A stretch of DNA of 64,000 nucleotides from Octopus sinensis (GCF_006345805.1 NC_043003.1:23560001-23624000); one strand, 5' to 3'. Positions 25,846 through 38,849 are shown, counted from the first letter of the stretch. Program-made: numbers and translations. The notes: generated by a model from the letters alone, not told the origin.

Positions 25846-26400
25846 TGCCCTGATGCAGTAGCAGGCAGTGGCTCTCATGGCTTCTCGTCTTAACTGATTT
25901 TGGAGTGTGATCATGTACATTGTTTTCTCTTGGTATAAAAGATGGGCTACAGCAAATATTCTGCTCAATATTACAGATTTGCTTGTCAATTATTTGACCT
26001 TAACTAGTTGAGCATGTCCCTTAGTGGCTGACGATATGTGCATCTCTGATCACAAGCAGAAGTAGTGGGGGAGCATGATAACCATGCTTTGTGATGGATT
26101 CTTTGGGGTTTGAATAATTCACCACTGGAAACACAAGTGTTTCGTTCAACATCCTTAAACAACCCTTATTCAGGGACCTTTTGAGCGGGATGGGTTACTC
26201 GACGAGAAAGAAATTCTAAGTGGGCCCCACCTGCAAGGTCATGTACTGTTTATCTTGATATGAGATCACCATGTCGTGCACATATGGTTGTGATGCATTT
26301 TCCTAGTGTACCCTTATCAGACGGGTAGTCATGATGGGTATACTGGGCTTCGTATATTTACCCCAGTGTCACTTTGATAGCATGCACTGCTTTCTCACTC
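25845..26400 (+). mobile_element. TAA-embedded non-coding element, copy 2
   Basis: Same sequence as 9371-9904; sits in the poly(TAA) tail of the Dong element. Confidence 0.9.
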
Positions 26401-26424
26401 AGTAATAATAATAACAACAACAAC

Positions 26425-26455
<31 letters not shown>

Positions 26456-26490
26456 TAATAATAATAATAATAATAATAATATTAATAATG

Positions 26491-26523
<33 letters not shown>

Positions 26524-26625
26524 TAATAATATAATAATAATATAGGGTAAAATTAATTAATTGATTAATAATTAATAATGTTACCAAGTATTTCTGTATG
26601 TTAAAATAACCATTATCGGTAAACT

Positions 26626-26905
26626 TATACAAAAAATTCTATAATTATGAATATAATTATTATTTTTAGGGTTCAGCAAAATTTGCTTCACCACATACCG
26701 AAATTTAGAAATAGCAGTTAAACTACTATTTTACTACTATAAGATATCTCTTTATCTGCGTGAGTTGTTGAGTACTGCTGTCTGAGAGATATCTATGGTA
26801 GTAAAATAGTAGTTTAATTGATATTTCTAAATTTCGGTATGTAGTGAAGCAAATTTTTCTGAACCCTAATTATAATTATATTCATAAATATAGAAATTTT
26901 GTATA
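26626..26905. mobile_element. Fold-back element, arms ~26626-26750 and ~26786-26905, with high arm identity
   Basis: TAGGGTTCAGCAAAATTTGCTTCACCACATACCGAAATTTAGAAATA versus TATTTCTAAATTTCGGTATGTAGTGAAGCAAATTTTTCTGAACCCTA. Confidence 0.85.
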
Positions 26906-27142
26906 TATATATATATATATAAGAAATACTAAATTTCTAAATCTCTCGTAGAGACATGTACGGTGGTGGGGCGATAGAATGGTTGTATACTGTCAATCTA
27001 ACACGAACGTGACAGTAGGGGGGGTACCACCACCGCTGTATAGCCCTAGGAAGCATCGACGCCTCCTGATGGCTTGACACATTTTTCCCTGTGTCCTTAT
27101 ATACATTTACGAAGGAGGAGACAAACCACCCGGCCGCCGGAG

Positions 27143-27199
27143 CTGCATCTAGGGACACGTGTTTCAGGATCATTGTCCTTCATCGGCCTAGAGTAGCAG
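27143..27199 (-). ncRNA. Minimal type I hammerhead ribozyme (U4C variant)
   Basis: Minus strand TCTAGG-CCGATGA-AGGA(caatga)TCCT-GAAA-C(ACGT)G-TC-CCTAGA: 6-bp stem I, 4-bp stem II, palindromic stem III, GUC triplet. Confidence 0.75.
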
Positions 27200-27282
27200 A
27201 CACCGGTCAGCTGGCGATATTTGTCTCGACTTCCTATTGTATATATCTATAATTCAGTGAAATCTATTCACTGATTATCAAA

Positions 27283-27377
<95 letters not shown>

Positions 27378-28885
27378 GAGGTAGAGAGAGAGAGAGAGAG
27401 AGAGATTGAGAGAGAGAGAGATAATCATACAAGTGTTGGAGGAAAGAGTAGATAAGACCGGGTTGCATATGTTTCATAGCGGGCGGAACCTCGGAAGTGG
27501 AAAATATCAAAGCAAGGTGTATACTGCAGGCTGTTCTTCAGACTAAGGATATGTTGATTAAATGAAAGTTTACATTGTAGCAAGGAGTTACATGTTAATA
27601 CATGGAAGATTCAGTCATAATGTGCAGAGAACATAATAGGAATGGAGAATATAAATGTAGAGAGAAATTTAGATTAAAAGAAAGAAAAAGAAAAAAATAC
27701 ATTACTGAGAAGAAAGAGGAATTTAAGCAAGGTCATTTGATAGGTAGTATTCAAAAGGGCTATTTGGGCCGAATCAAAGAAAGTAGCAAGGGGAGTGGTA
27801 TTTGAACAAAACAGATAATATTGGCGGGGATGGGGAATATTTTTGGCTCTAAAATTTCGTTATTTTCCCGCGATCGGGCGATCTGCTCAAAAGACGACTG
27901 AAAAACTGTCTTGTTTTCGGTTTGTTAAATTGCGGATTAAATTATTTCGACCAGAGGACCCTGGGTAGAGTATTTACATGATTTACAAGATTTGTGTTTT
28001 TTTTATTTTAAGGATTATATATATCCATGTATATATATTGCCTGCAATGAAAATGTTAATCTTGTCATTCTCTATCTCTCCGTCAGCATTACGTTAAGAA
28101 TATAGGCGCCAGTGAAATATTTTGGCTCTTCGTATATTAATTGGGTGAGAACGGCTTTATGTGATCGAAAACTATACTTCTACGTCGACAATTAGGTTCT
28201 AAATATGTGCGCGCATGGTTGTATAAAAAGCTGGGAGAAAGGAGGGTTATGAAATAGGGAGAGAGGGAGAACGGAGAGAGTGTGTGTGAGAGATGGAGAC
28301 AGAGCAAGTGAGATAGACAGAATTTGAATTGAAAATTGAGAAGGTCAAAAATATAAAGTTATGAGTAATAAATACGGTTTAGGTCGGATAATTAGAATTT
28401 ACAAATATTTTTTTAGCAAAGAATCTCCAATTTCGTTCAGTGCACTCGCACTTTGGAACGGATGATTTTAGACATAAAAACGCAGTATAATTATTTCAGA
28501 AAATTTAGTAGTGATTCAAACGCTCAGAAGCAATGTATTTCATGACGAACAGTTAGAATTAGTTCAATTTGAATTATGAAGTCAATCGAATTTTAAACAT
28601 TATCGGACATGGAAAAAAATGTTTAATTCTCTTTAATACAATTGGCTGAGCACTTTTATATTATAATTAATTGCTCTGAAGAGAAAAAAAACATAAACTT
28701 TTGTGATGACCGATTGCAAACTTTAGTTTTAGAAGAGTTTTGAAATTTTCGAAAGCAGGGATTTTTATTGAAAAGTCTTCGAAATCTAACTATTAATAAA
28801 TATATATATAGGGTATATGTATGTATGTAGCGTATATAAATATATACATATACATATACATACATACATACATTACATACATACA

Positions 28886-28993
<108 letters not shown>

Positions 28994-29529
28994 AAGAGAG
29001 AGAGTGAGCGACTACGAAATCCTTACTACAAGTGAGCATGTATATAGCATGATGCTTATCTGATCATACAAAGAAGCTGCCTTCACTTTAATTAGAGTTA
29101 CTGCAGATTCCTTTAAACTGTTTACGCGTAATAACACACAATTTCAAATATATCTACGCATCCATCATATCAATCAATTATGATAAATGTTGTTTATCTG
29201 ATAAATACAATGTGTCACTTTCAGTTATTATGAATCCAATAATAGATAAGGCTTGTGTTCAAACACGTTCTAACAGAATGTCTTTGATATGTGAAGATGA
29301 GTAACACTTCAATTATACATTAATCTATAGTTACAATAGATATTCGCGTGCCAGGATTTGTTCCTAGACATAAAGGTGCAGAGATGGTGGTGTTTACGGA
29401 TGTTCGCCTAGCAATCTCCTCGTTTCGGGCTCCGCATTTCTGCCTTGCTTAACCACGAGACCATGTGAAAGGATAAAGCAAAAGGAAAGAGTGTGGTAGC
29501 CCGACATCTCCCTCTCTTTCTCTGTATGA

Positions 29530-29599
<70 letters not shown>

Positions 29600-29619
29600 A
29601 TATACATATATAAGCGTGA

Positions 29620-29733
29620 CTATGTGGTAAGACGATTCCTTCTCAACCACATGGTTCTCGCTTCAGTATCTATAGCCTCGGGCCGACCAGAGCCTTGTGA
29701 GTGGATTGAATATATACATATATATATATGTAT

Positions 29734-29798
<65 letters not shown>

Positions 29799-30010
29799 TT
29801 ATTCGGTAGCCATGATAAAACTCCACGTTTCGGATGTCGGGGCGGAAACCCACGCCGCTTCTCTTCAGTTATCCGGCCATGGATATATATATGTGTGTCT
29901 GTGTGTCAGTGTACATATATTTGTGTGTGTGCATCTGTGTTTCTCCACCCACTGTCGCTTGACAGCCGGTTTCAGTTTGTGTACTTCAGCGTAACCTAGC
30001 GGTTCGGAAA
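29620..30010 (+). mobile_element. C/D composite SINE, deleted, with a hammerhead-bearing fragment inserted in its internal (TA)n
   Basis: Head at ~29620-29710, insert at 29797-29883, D body at ~29930-30010. Confidence 0.75.
29810..29883 (-). ncRNA. Type I hammerhead motif with degenerate stem II
   Basis: Minus strand CCATggccgGATAA-CTGAAGA-...-GAAA-CgtggaG-TT-TTATCATGG. Stem I GATAA/TTATC is perfect; triplet GUU here and GUC in the relative at ~2484. Confidence 0.55.
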
Positions 30011-30276
30011 AAGGTGAGGCTAGAATATGTTCCAGTCTTGAGAAAGATGTAATGCGCTCCATTTGTCCTTCAAGTGGTGGCCCGCTGTCCTCAGTCTATC
30101 AACTGAAACAGCGATATGTAAAGACAAATGATATATCAAGATAGACAGTTACATACATGCATGCATACATACATACATACATACATACATACATACATAC
30201 ATACATACATGCATATATGCTTGCATACACACATGTATACAAACATACACACACATATATATATATATACATACGT

Positions 30277-30598
30277 GGCACTCCGTCGGTTAAGACGATG
30301 ACGGTTCCAGCTGATACAATCAACGGAACAACCTGCACGTGAAATTAACGTGCATGTCACTGAGCGCTCTACAGACACACGTATCCTTAACGCAGTTCTC
30401 AGGGAGATTCAATGTGATACAGAGTGTGACATGGCTGGCCCTTTGAAATACAGGTATGATTCATTTTTGCCAGCTGAGTGGACTGGAGAAATGCGACTTA
30501 AATTGTCTTGCTCAAGTATAAAACGCGTTGCTGGTAATTCAACTCACGACCTTACTGCCGTAAGCCAAACACCTTAACCACTAACCCACGCGTCTTCA
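30277..30598 (-). mobile_element. CORE-like SINE + tail X
   Basis: Head as at 60157-60534; tail as at 4575. Confidence 0.8.
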
Positions 30599-32239
30599 CA
30601 TATCTACATACATACATAGGCATAGTTATATAGATGTCACTTTAGCAATAGACACACCGAAAATTTATCTTTCGCTTAAAATGAATTTACACTCAATATA
30701 ATTTACCTTTCATTCCATTTTGTACTTCAACTTATTCCCCAATGACAAAATATCGCTGATGAAGCATAGTAATGGCAGAAGCTCAAAACCCGAAATGCAC
30801 TGATCAGTTTCGATGCATGCATCAGCATAACTAAAGATACCCTCTCGCGTAATAAACAGATATAAACAACGTAGTTTCTTTTCCTTTCTTTCATATTTTA
30901 AGTTTAGTCTGACATTTAGATGCTTCTGCATACCTTTTTGTAGAGCATTAAGTACAGTTTAGGCCCTCGCGCGGGAAGACATACTGTTGATATAATTTAG
31001 TATTATTCAATAATTTGTATTTTGGGACATATGTAAGCATCTTAATTAATTTAGGAGAAGAAACACAAAACATTACAAATTCTATCTCAAAATTACTAAT
31101 GGTTTAGGACAACTAGTGCATGTAATAAATCTCCTTTTTAATGTTGTTTTGGATTTGGAATTACTGCACTCAAGAGTATAAACAGATTACAGAATACTGA
31201 ATATGTATGTTATACATTTTATATTTTATGCTTTCTTTAAATTCCTTTGTTTATAGCATTAAGTATTCTCTTCTTGCTACTTAGTGATAGTATTTACTTT
31301 ATATGCGAAATCATTTTGTCATATAAATCCTGCCAATAATGCTCTACGAATTTTCTTGAAGCTACATTACTCTCCATCAAACAATAAAGATGTTTAATTA
31401 TTTTTTTATAGTGTACATGTAACCAGTATATATTAGATAATTCTGTTTGTTTATGCATGACTGTAAATCCTTATCCCTTTACATGTAGCATGCATGTCGT
31501 CGTGAATTATATCCTCCTTAAGTTTTATCTGCATTTTTAAACGTCTCGTTTACTTTATTTAATACGACAATTCCTACGAAGATAATCCTTATATTAGAAA
31601 TCCGACAAATAATCACTACATTATTTGCTTCTTTATTCTAAGTATATTAATAACGATGTTCCATACAGGGATTTCAGTGGCTCCTTCATTTCACAAAGTA
31701 TCGATAGTTGGTTAAATATACGCTTCTCACTTTTAGTTTTAAGGAACATAAATGTTGTGAAACGCTTTGTAAAACATCAGAAATCAATATAGTTTTATTT
31801 TGATTGTATTGTATCTTGTTTGCATGATTTTGTTCAGATCTCTTTAAACCTTCCTAGATGTAATGTCAGAAATCGTGACGGCTGTACCTCTTCACTAGTT
31901 GCAACCGACATATGCTCTTAGCAATTTTGAAAAAAGGAAAAACAAGAAAAAAGGAAACATACTTTCGACTTCCATCATCAGTTATGACGCAATTCCTTTG
32001 GTAACATGGTGTGGGTTATATAGAATTTGGATTTCTTTACGTCAATAATTATAGCATTTTCTGAGAATACTGCTTTTGTTGCAATATCTAATTGATTTGT
32101 GGAAGGGTTCTTCAGCTGGTGCTTTTAATCATTTATCAAGGCCGGGAGATTGCGGAAGGAAAAAGGGAGAAAAGACTACCATGGCCCTTTTGTTTGTTGT
32201 ATTAGAGAGCGGCATAAAGAGATATTGATTTAGATTGCC

Positions 32240-32442
32240 TTCAAATTTTGGTATAAGGCCAGCAGGTTTGGGAAAGGGGTAAGTTGATTACATCGACCCC
32301 AAGGGTTCAAATCATAATTATTTTATCGACTCGGAAAGGTTAAGTCGACCTTGACGAAATTTGAACTCAGAACGTAAAGCTGGACGAAATGTCACTAAAC
32401 ATTCTGGCAAGCCTGCTAACGATTCTGTCAACTTGTCGCCCA
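32240..32442 (-). mobile_element. SINE family B copy
   Basis: TCGACCTTGACGAAATTTGAACTCAGAACGTA block on the plus strand. Confidence 0.75.
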
Positions 32443-33309
32443 CAGAGGTTTTGAATTATTTTAAAATCTGATATGTGGTTCGAACGCTTGCAAACAGATT
32501 TCTGCTCTGCTAAAGATGACGAAAGGTCAGCTAGTGAGGTACATATATTATACATTCACTCTTTTACCGAATATTTTCCAGCACTCCCTCTATAGGTGGT
32601 GGTCTCTACAATATTTCAGTAAGTACACTATTATAAGAACCCTACGCTTTCGCTTTTCGATAAATATTAACTAGCCCTATTTACGCTGACATAAGTGCTA
32701 CTCTCTCTCAAGACACATTAGTAATTTCTTGGCATATTTTAGTGCTAACTTCATTTCATTACTTTTCAAACATCCTGGTTCATACCTTTCTATAGAAATA
32801 ACCCGTAAATATTTCCCTAGACCATTGCTAGATCACCCTTTTGCCTATCGACTTCAAAGCTCTACAGTGAAAGATTGTATGATGTTAATATATCGAGCCT
32901 TCTGGCCTCTTCTCGAAGCCCTGTTCTTTCCTATTCCCTCTTCCCTTCGTTTATTATATTTTACGCGTTTGTATTCACTCTGATGAAACTCCATGTCCTA
33001 TGAATGTCCTGGCATTGGAAGTGGGAACGGCCGTAAGAATTGTTGTCATAGAAATATTATATCATGTTTTGTATCAAAAAATAATCTACAGATATGGTCC
33101 AATTTGTTTGTTAATCAAACGTTTTCTCCATTTTCTGATTATTTAAATTTGATCCCTAATAAACAGTTGTTTATCTTGATGTTACCTGTACCCTACGAGC
33201 ATAGAGTGCCTGCACACACCCAGGGATAGCACAGGTTACTGATACCAATAGTAAACACAGATATTTTAATCCCTTAGTCGGATACTATAACCGCTAACTC
33301 TACTTGTCT

Positions 33310-33387
<78 letters not shown>

Positions 33388-33537
33388 GTTTATACATATA
33401 CTTATATTTATACTTACACATATACATAATTATACTTAAATCATATATTTACACTAAAACTTAATAGTTATAATTATATAGATATTCACTCAAATGCAGA
33501 CAAAATATTTAGATATACACAGGCATCTATCTGTCTG

Positions 33538-33688
<151 letters not shown>

Positions 33689-33884
33689 GTCTATCTACCT
33701 ATCTATCCGTCTGTCTGTGTGTGAGTATGTGTGTCTACATATACATGTACAGAGACATATACATAAGATATATTTACCACATACGCTGTAATATAATTTT
33801 CAATATATTGATACAAACAGCGGCATATTTTTTTCTTTATCTAACTTTAAACATTTTAAACATATATATAATATCTATATATGC

Positions 33885-33921
<37 letters not shown>

Positions 33922-33957
33922 CATACATACATATGTGCATAAATATCTGCATGCATG

Positions 33958-34050
<93 letters not shown>

Positions 34051-34329
34051 TATATGTGCGTATGTGTGTATATATTCATGTATATATATGTGTGTGTATA
34101 TATATATATTCCACATATATATATACTTGTATAAGCATATATATAATGTATTTTACTTGTTGCGCAGACACACCCACACACGTATGTACATACGTAAACG
34201 ATTGAGTATATGCTATGGAAAAACAGCATGAATTGATCGTGACTTACAATATTCTAAAATACTTTTAAATACACTGGTGTGTGTGTGTGTGTATATATAT
34301 ATATGTGTGTTTGTGTGTGTTTGTGTATA

Positions 34330-34381
<52 letters not shown>

Positions 34382-34711
34382 CAGAAAAATAAATAGAAAG
34401 AAAGACTCAGACAGAAAGGGGAAAGACGAAGAGAAATACAGACACACATACATGTCCAAGTACCAAAAATATTTTAATTTACCAATATTTTCATGACGCA
34501 GTATATTTCCGTTTTTCTTCTTTTCACTACCACAATAAGAAGAGTACGGAAATATAGTATATTATAATCCACCTATCTATCTGTCAATATGTACATATAT
34601 ACATGTATATATATATATATATGTATGTGGGTATTTGTATGTGTGTGAATGTGTGCGTGTACACAGGCACGTACATACACCTGCACACACACATAAATAA
34701 TATATATATAT

Positions 34712-34776
<65 letters not shown>

Positions 34777-35464
34777 GCTTGCGCATAAAACTTTTACATA
34801 ATCAGAAGATACGCTGTTATATGTTTTTCAATATATTGACTGAAATACTTGTACATTTTATTCTTTGAAAATAATATATATTTTTTCTATAATGTTTAGA
34901 AAATACATGAATTAAAGACTATGTTATACACATTTATGTTCTTCTCACAAGCAATTCTTTATATAAATAGTTACTAAAACAACATGTCTACCGAATCACA
35001 TCATATAATTTACTTGTATGATTGTCGGTTTCTTTGTTGAAATTTCTGTTTCAATCATTTTTCCTATGCAATTCTTTAATGTTAATAACAGCGTTGCTGG
35101 TCGTAAGTTTTGAGCTTGATATTAAATTCTCCTTTAATTTTCCAATACTCCAAGACATACAAAAGGAACAACATTTGATTCAATGGTCTCCAACACAGGC
35201 TTCGTGTCAACGTTAGAAGTATTCTTTTAGGCCAACAAGACGGCAGAATCATTAAATTGCTCTGTATTTATTTATTTATGAAGAGATGTGGTCTGAGTTG
35301 AAATTTAACCTTAGCCTTTCATTTTTACGTTGTCGATGACAGAGGGTAGCAGTCAAGTATCGGCTCCGATGTAATCGATTAACCATATTTCATATGATGG
35401 GATTCTGAAGAAGCCCCTGGCTTTTAGTGGTATGGTGAAAAGGCTGGTTGTAGACGCAAATTTC

Positions 35465-35545
35465 CGAGTTCTTTTACAAGGTTTAGAAAAACTGAAACAC
35501 CGCTGCAATAAGTGTGTGGATCTGAGAGGGGAAAATATTGAATAA
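35465..35545 (+). pseudogene. Mariner transposase extreme C-terminal remnant
   Basis: Translates as LQGLEKLKHRCNKCVDLRGENIE*, matching the mariner C-terminal pattern GI..L..RW.KC....G.Y.E*. Confidence 0.55.
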
Positions 35546-35712
35546 AATCGTAATTAACTTATATGTTGAAAATTTTGAATAAAATCGTAATTTTGTGCGG
35601 TGGCACACAATGATTACAGATAACTTCTTACGCCGTTCTTATGATGTGGTTTCAAATCCCGCCGATCTTGAATTTATATTTCATTGTTTGAAAGTCAGTA
35701 AAATAAAGTACA

Positions 35713-36020
35713 GGAGGCACATGGCCTAGAGGTTAGAGCAGCGGACTCGCGGTCGAGGGATCGCGGGTTCGAATCTCAGACTGGGTGATGTGTGTGTTTA
35801 TGAGCGAAACACCTAAGCTCCACGCGGCTCCGGCAGAAGGTAATGGCGAACTTCTGTTGATTCTTTCGACACAGCTTTCTCTCAATCTTTCCTCCTGCTT
35901 CTTGCAGCTCACCTGCGACGGACCGGCGTCCCGTCCAGGTGGGGAACCTATACGCCAAGGAAACCGGGAAACCGACTCTTATGAGCCAGGCATGGCTCGA
36001 AAAGGAACAAACAACAAACA
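35713..36020 (+). mobile_element. tRNA SINE head A + tail Y
   Basis: GGCCTAGAGGTTAGAGCAGCGG...GGGTTCGAATC head; tail CTGCGACGGACCGGCGTCCCGTCCAGGTGGGGAA. Confidence 0.85.
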
Positions 36021-36946
36021 AATTAAAGTACTAATCACGTACTGAGGTCAATAATTTCAACTCCCTACTCTTATCAAAATTATCAAAGTCCCTGTACGAA
36101 AAGCAGAAACCATCGTCGTCATCATGGTCATTATCATTATTATTCCAATCTTGTAGGGTATTGGTGTTTTACTCGCTCGGTTCCTTACTAGATCTAATAT
36201 GACGACCATTGTGTACGTCCTCTCTCTTCTCTCTTTCTTGCTCTGTCAGCCTGTGTGTCTCTCATTCTGTCTGTCCCCCCCTCTCTCTCTAAATATATAT
36301 ATTTAGTGGAGGCAGCACCATGATCGTAACATGGGGTTCCTATTCCTGGACCGGGCGATGCGTTGTGTTCTTGAGCAAAACTGTCAAAGTTGGTTCGGAT
36401 TCTTGCAAGACTGTGGTTTGGACTAAAGCTTCCGAAAGGCTCAGTTGGCATTGTTATACGGGGCAAGAAATTAAGTCTGCCACTCACACAGGAAATGGAT
36501 AAATTTGATTTCAGAAAGCAAAGTCTCGGAGACAATGCTAGAAGACATTGGTTGTGATGTTCTTTGAATACCGGCTTGAACTTGGTCATGGACCCAGACG
36601 AAAATGAAAGACATGTTTAGGCTCGTCAGGATTCGAACTCAGTATGTCAGTTTATATACTTAATCTATTTTTACTTGCGTCAAAGAATATATTCGTTACA
36701 TTATTATTATTATAGATTATGTCTTCATCTTTGCGTGCAGAACATGCAATTCAGGCCGTCTCTGTAGAAGGAATCTCCGACGCGCTATTAAAGATTTCAA
36801 GAATTTTCATTCTGTGAATTCGTTTAATGTCAAGTTTATTATCCTAAATATGCGGAGTATCACTTGAATCCCGAGTGCATTTATATCTCGCATCTAATTT
36901 CTAGCTTTCCGTTTTAATTGTTAATATTAGCACACAGGCAGTGACC

Positions 36947-37140
36947 TGGCAGAATCGTTGGCACGGCAGGAACAGTGTTTAGCCGCTATTCGTCGGTGTA
37001 TACGTTCTGACGTCAAATTCACACGCGGTCGATTTTACCTTTCATCGTTTCAAGATCGATAAAATAAATCCTAATTGATTACCGGGATCGATGTAATCGC
37101 CTCATCCCCTCATCCGAAATTGATGGCCTTGTGCCAAAAT
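36947..37140 (+). mobile_element. SINE family B, diverged copy
   Basis: GGCAGTGACCTGGCAGAATCGTTGGCAC...GGTCGATTTTACCTTTCATC. Confidence 0.7.
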
Positions 37141-37569
37141 CTTAGATAAATATTAACCAGAATCTCTTGCTATAAGCCTTTGAAATATCTTTGATTTATG
37201 ACTGTTTATGGCATCAGCATCATTTCATTTGAAGTATGCGTAGTCGTATTTCAATTTCTCCAATTTCAATATCTGGATCGAATTTTATGAAACAAGTGTT
37301 AGTTAATTCGCGTCTAGGCCCAATTGTCTTTTCTCTAATCATACACTTTTAATCTTGGATGTATTAATTCCAATAAATTTTTTATTAGATTGTATAGTAT
37401 TGGCATTGTCACCTGTAAATCAACATAGCAGATATTTGTTGCTAATTTGAACTGCACACACAATAGTATTTTGACCATATATTCATACACAAATACATGC
37501 ATCCTTAAATATACTTACATACATGTATATGTGTGTGTGTGTGCGTATATGTGTGTGTAAAATTAAATG

Positions 37570-37603
<34 letters not shown>

Positions 37604-38023
37604 AAGATATGTATGTATAAATACATACATACACATAGAACATACACAAATGCATACGCACATATATATGGTTTCATATACTAAGAGTGAAAATGGAGAC
37701 TGAGTGAGAGAGAGAGAGAGAGAGAAGAGGGAGAAAGAGAGATACGGTCAAGGGAGACAAACGCAGAGACTGAAAGACAAAGACAGAGACAAAGGCTGAA
37801 AGAAATCTATCAAAATCAAATCACGTTTTGCTCTGATCTCTTACAAACAATGGTATTGATAAATATATCTAGTTTTACCGCAAAAAAAATTAAGCAAACA
37901 GTATATGTATAATAAGTTAAAATACAATAAAATGATACAAGTTCCGTTAGAAAAGCAAGAAAATATTTGTCATAATGCATTTAGTTAAATCAAATAATGA
38001 AAATTAAAAATAAACAACACACA

Positions 38024-38067
<44 letters not shown>

Positions 38068-38579
38068 AAGAGCTAATGTCTGGCTGTGCTTATTTAGTGT
38101 CTATGAATTACATATAAAGATATTGATTAGGTAAATAATCCATTTATTATTATTGATATTTATTAAATTAATATTTTTATTAGTACAATAAATATCTTCA
38201 CCATCATCATCATCATCATCATAATCCTCATCATCATCATCATCATTATCAATATTAAATTATTGTAAACAATTTCTGGAAGCATTATTTAAATTTTGAT
38301 TATTAATTGTATAAAGAACATTTCTAAAAAACACAAAAAAAACATTCAATATCAGCTTTAATAATATATGTACATATATTAATTTACTGTTTCACTGTTT
38401 TAATTCTCTCAGTAATTAGACTGCGGCCGTGCTGGGGCACTGCCTAATATAAAATATACAACCATAGATTTATCTGACAATTATAGGCATTTCCACAGAA
38501 ACGCACACACACACACATACACCCACACACACTCCTCCTCCTCCTCCTCTCTCTCTCTCTCACACACAAACCCATATTA

Positions 38580-38637
38580 TTCCGGGTTATTTCCCTTCAT
38601 CAGCACAGGAAATAACCCGGAAATCGCGATACGCACA
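38580..38637. ncRNA. Perfect 15-bp hairpin whose 13-nt loop is an inverted hammerhead 5' core
   Basis: TTCCGGGTTATTTCC / GGAAATAACCCGGAA around CTTCATCAGCACA, followed by ATCGCGATACGCACA. Confidence 0.6.
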
Positions 38638-38849
38638 TATAGTTTTGAGCTGAGTGTGGGTGCTAGATTCCCTTGTGCAAAAATATAAAGACACAGATCG
38701 TGTCGTACAACCAGCTGGAGACGATGTGTCCTGGGGCTAAATTACAGCAACATTCGTCCTTAACCGGGACTGCCATATCATGTTGCCAAACAATCTTAAC
38801 TCCAAAGTACGGTTGCTAAATATCTCTTGTGAGATTTAAGCATAGTAAT

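Noticed and set aside
25990-26140. CTGA(C/T)GA and a later GAAAC within the 555-bp element as a hammerhead
   Set aside because: They are ~100 nt apart with no stem II closure or UH site.
30900-31900. Possible decayed Penelope GIY-YIG or LTR integrase coding remnant on the minus strand
   Set aside because: Only scattered residues match, with many stops; it cannot be supported without a profile search.
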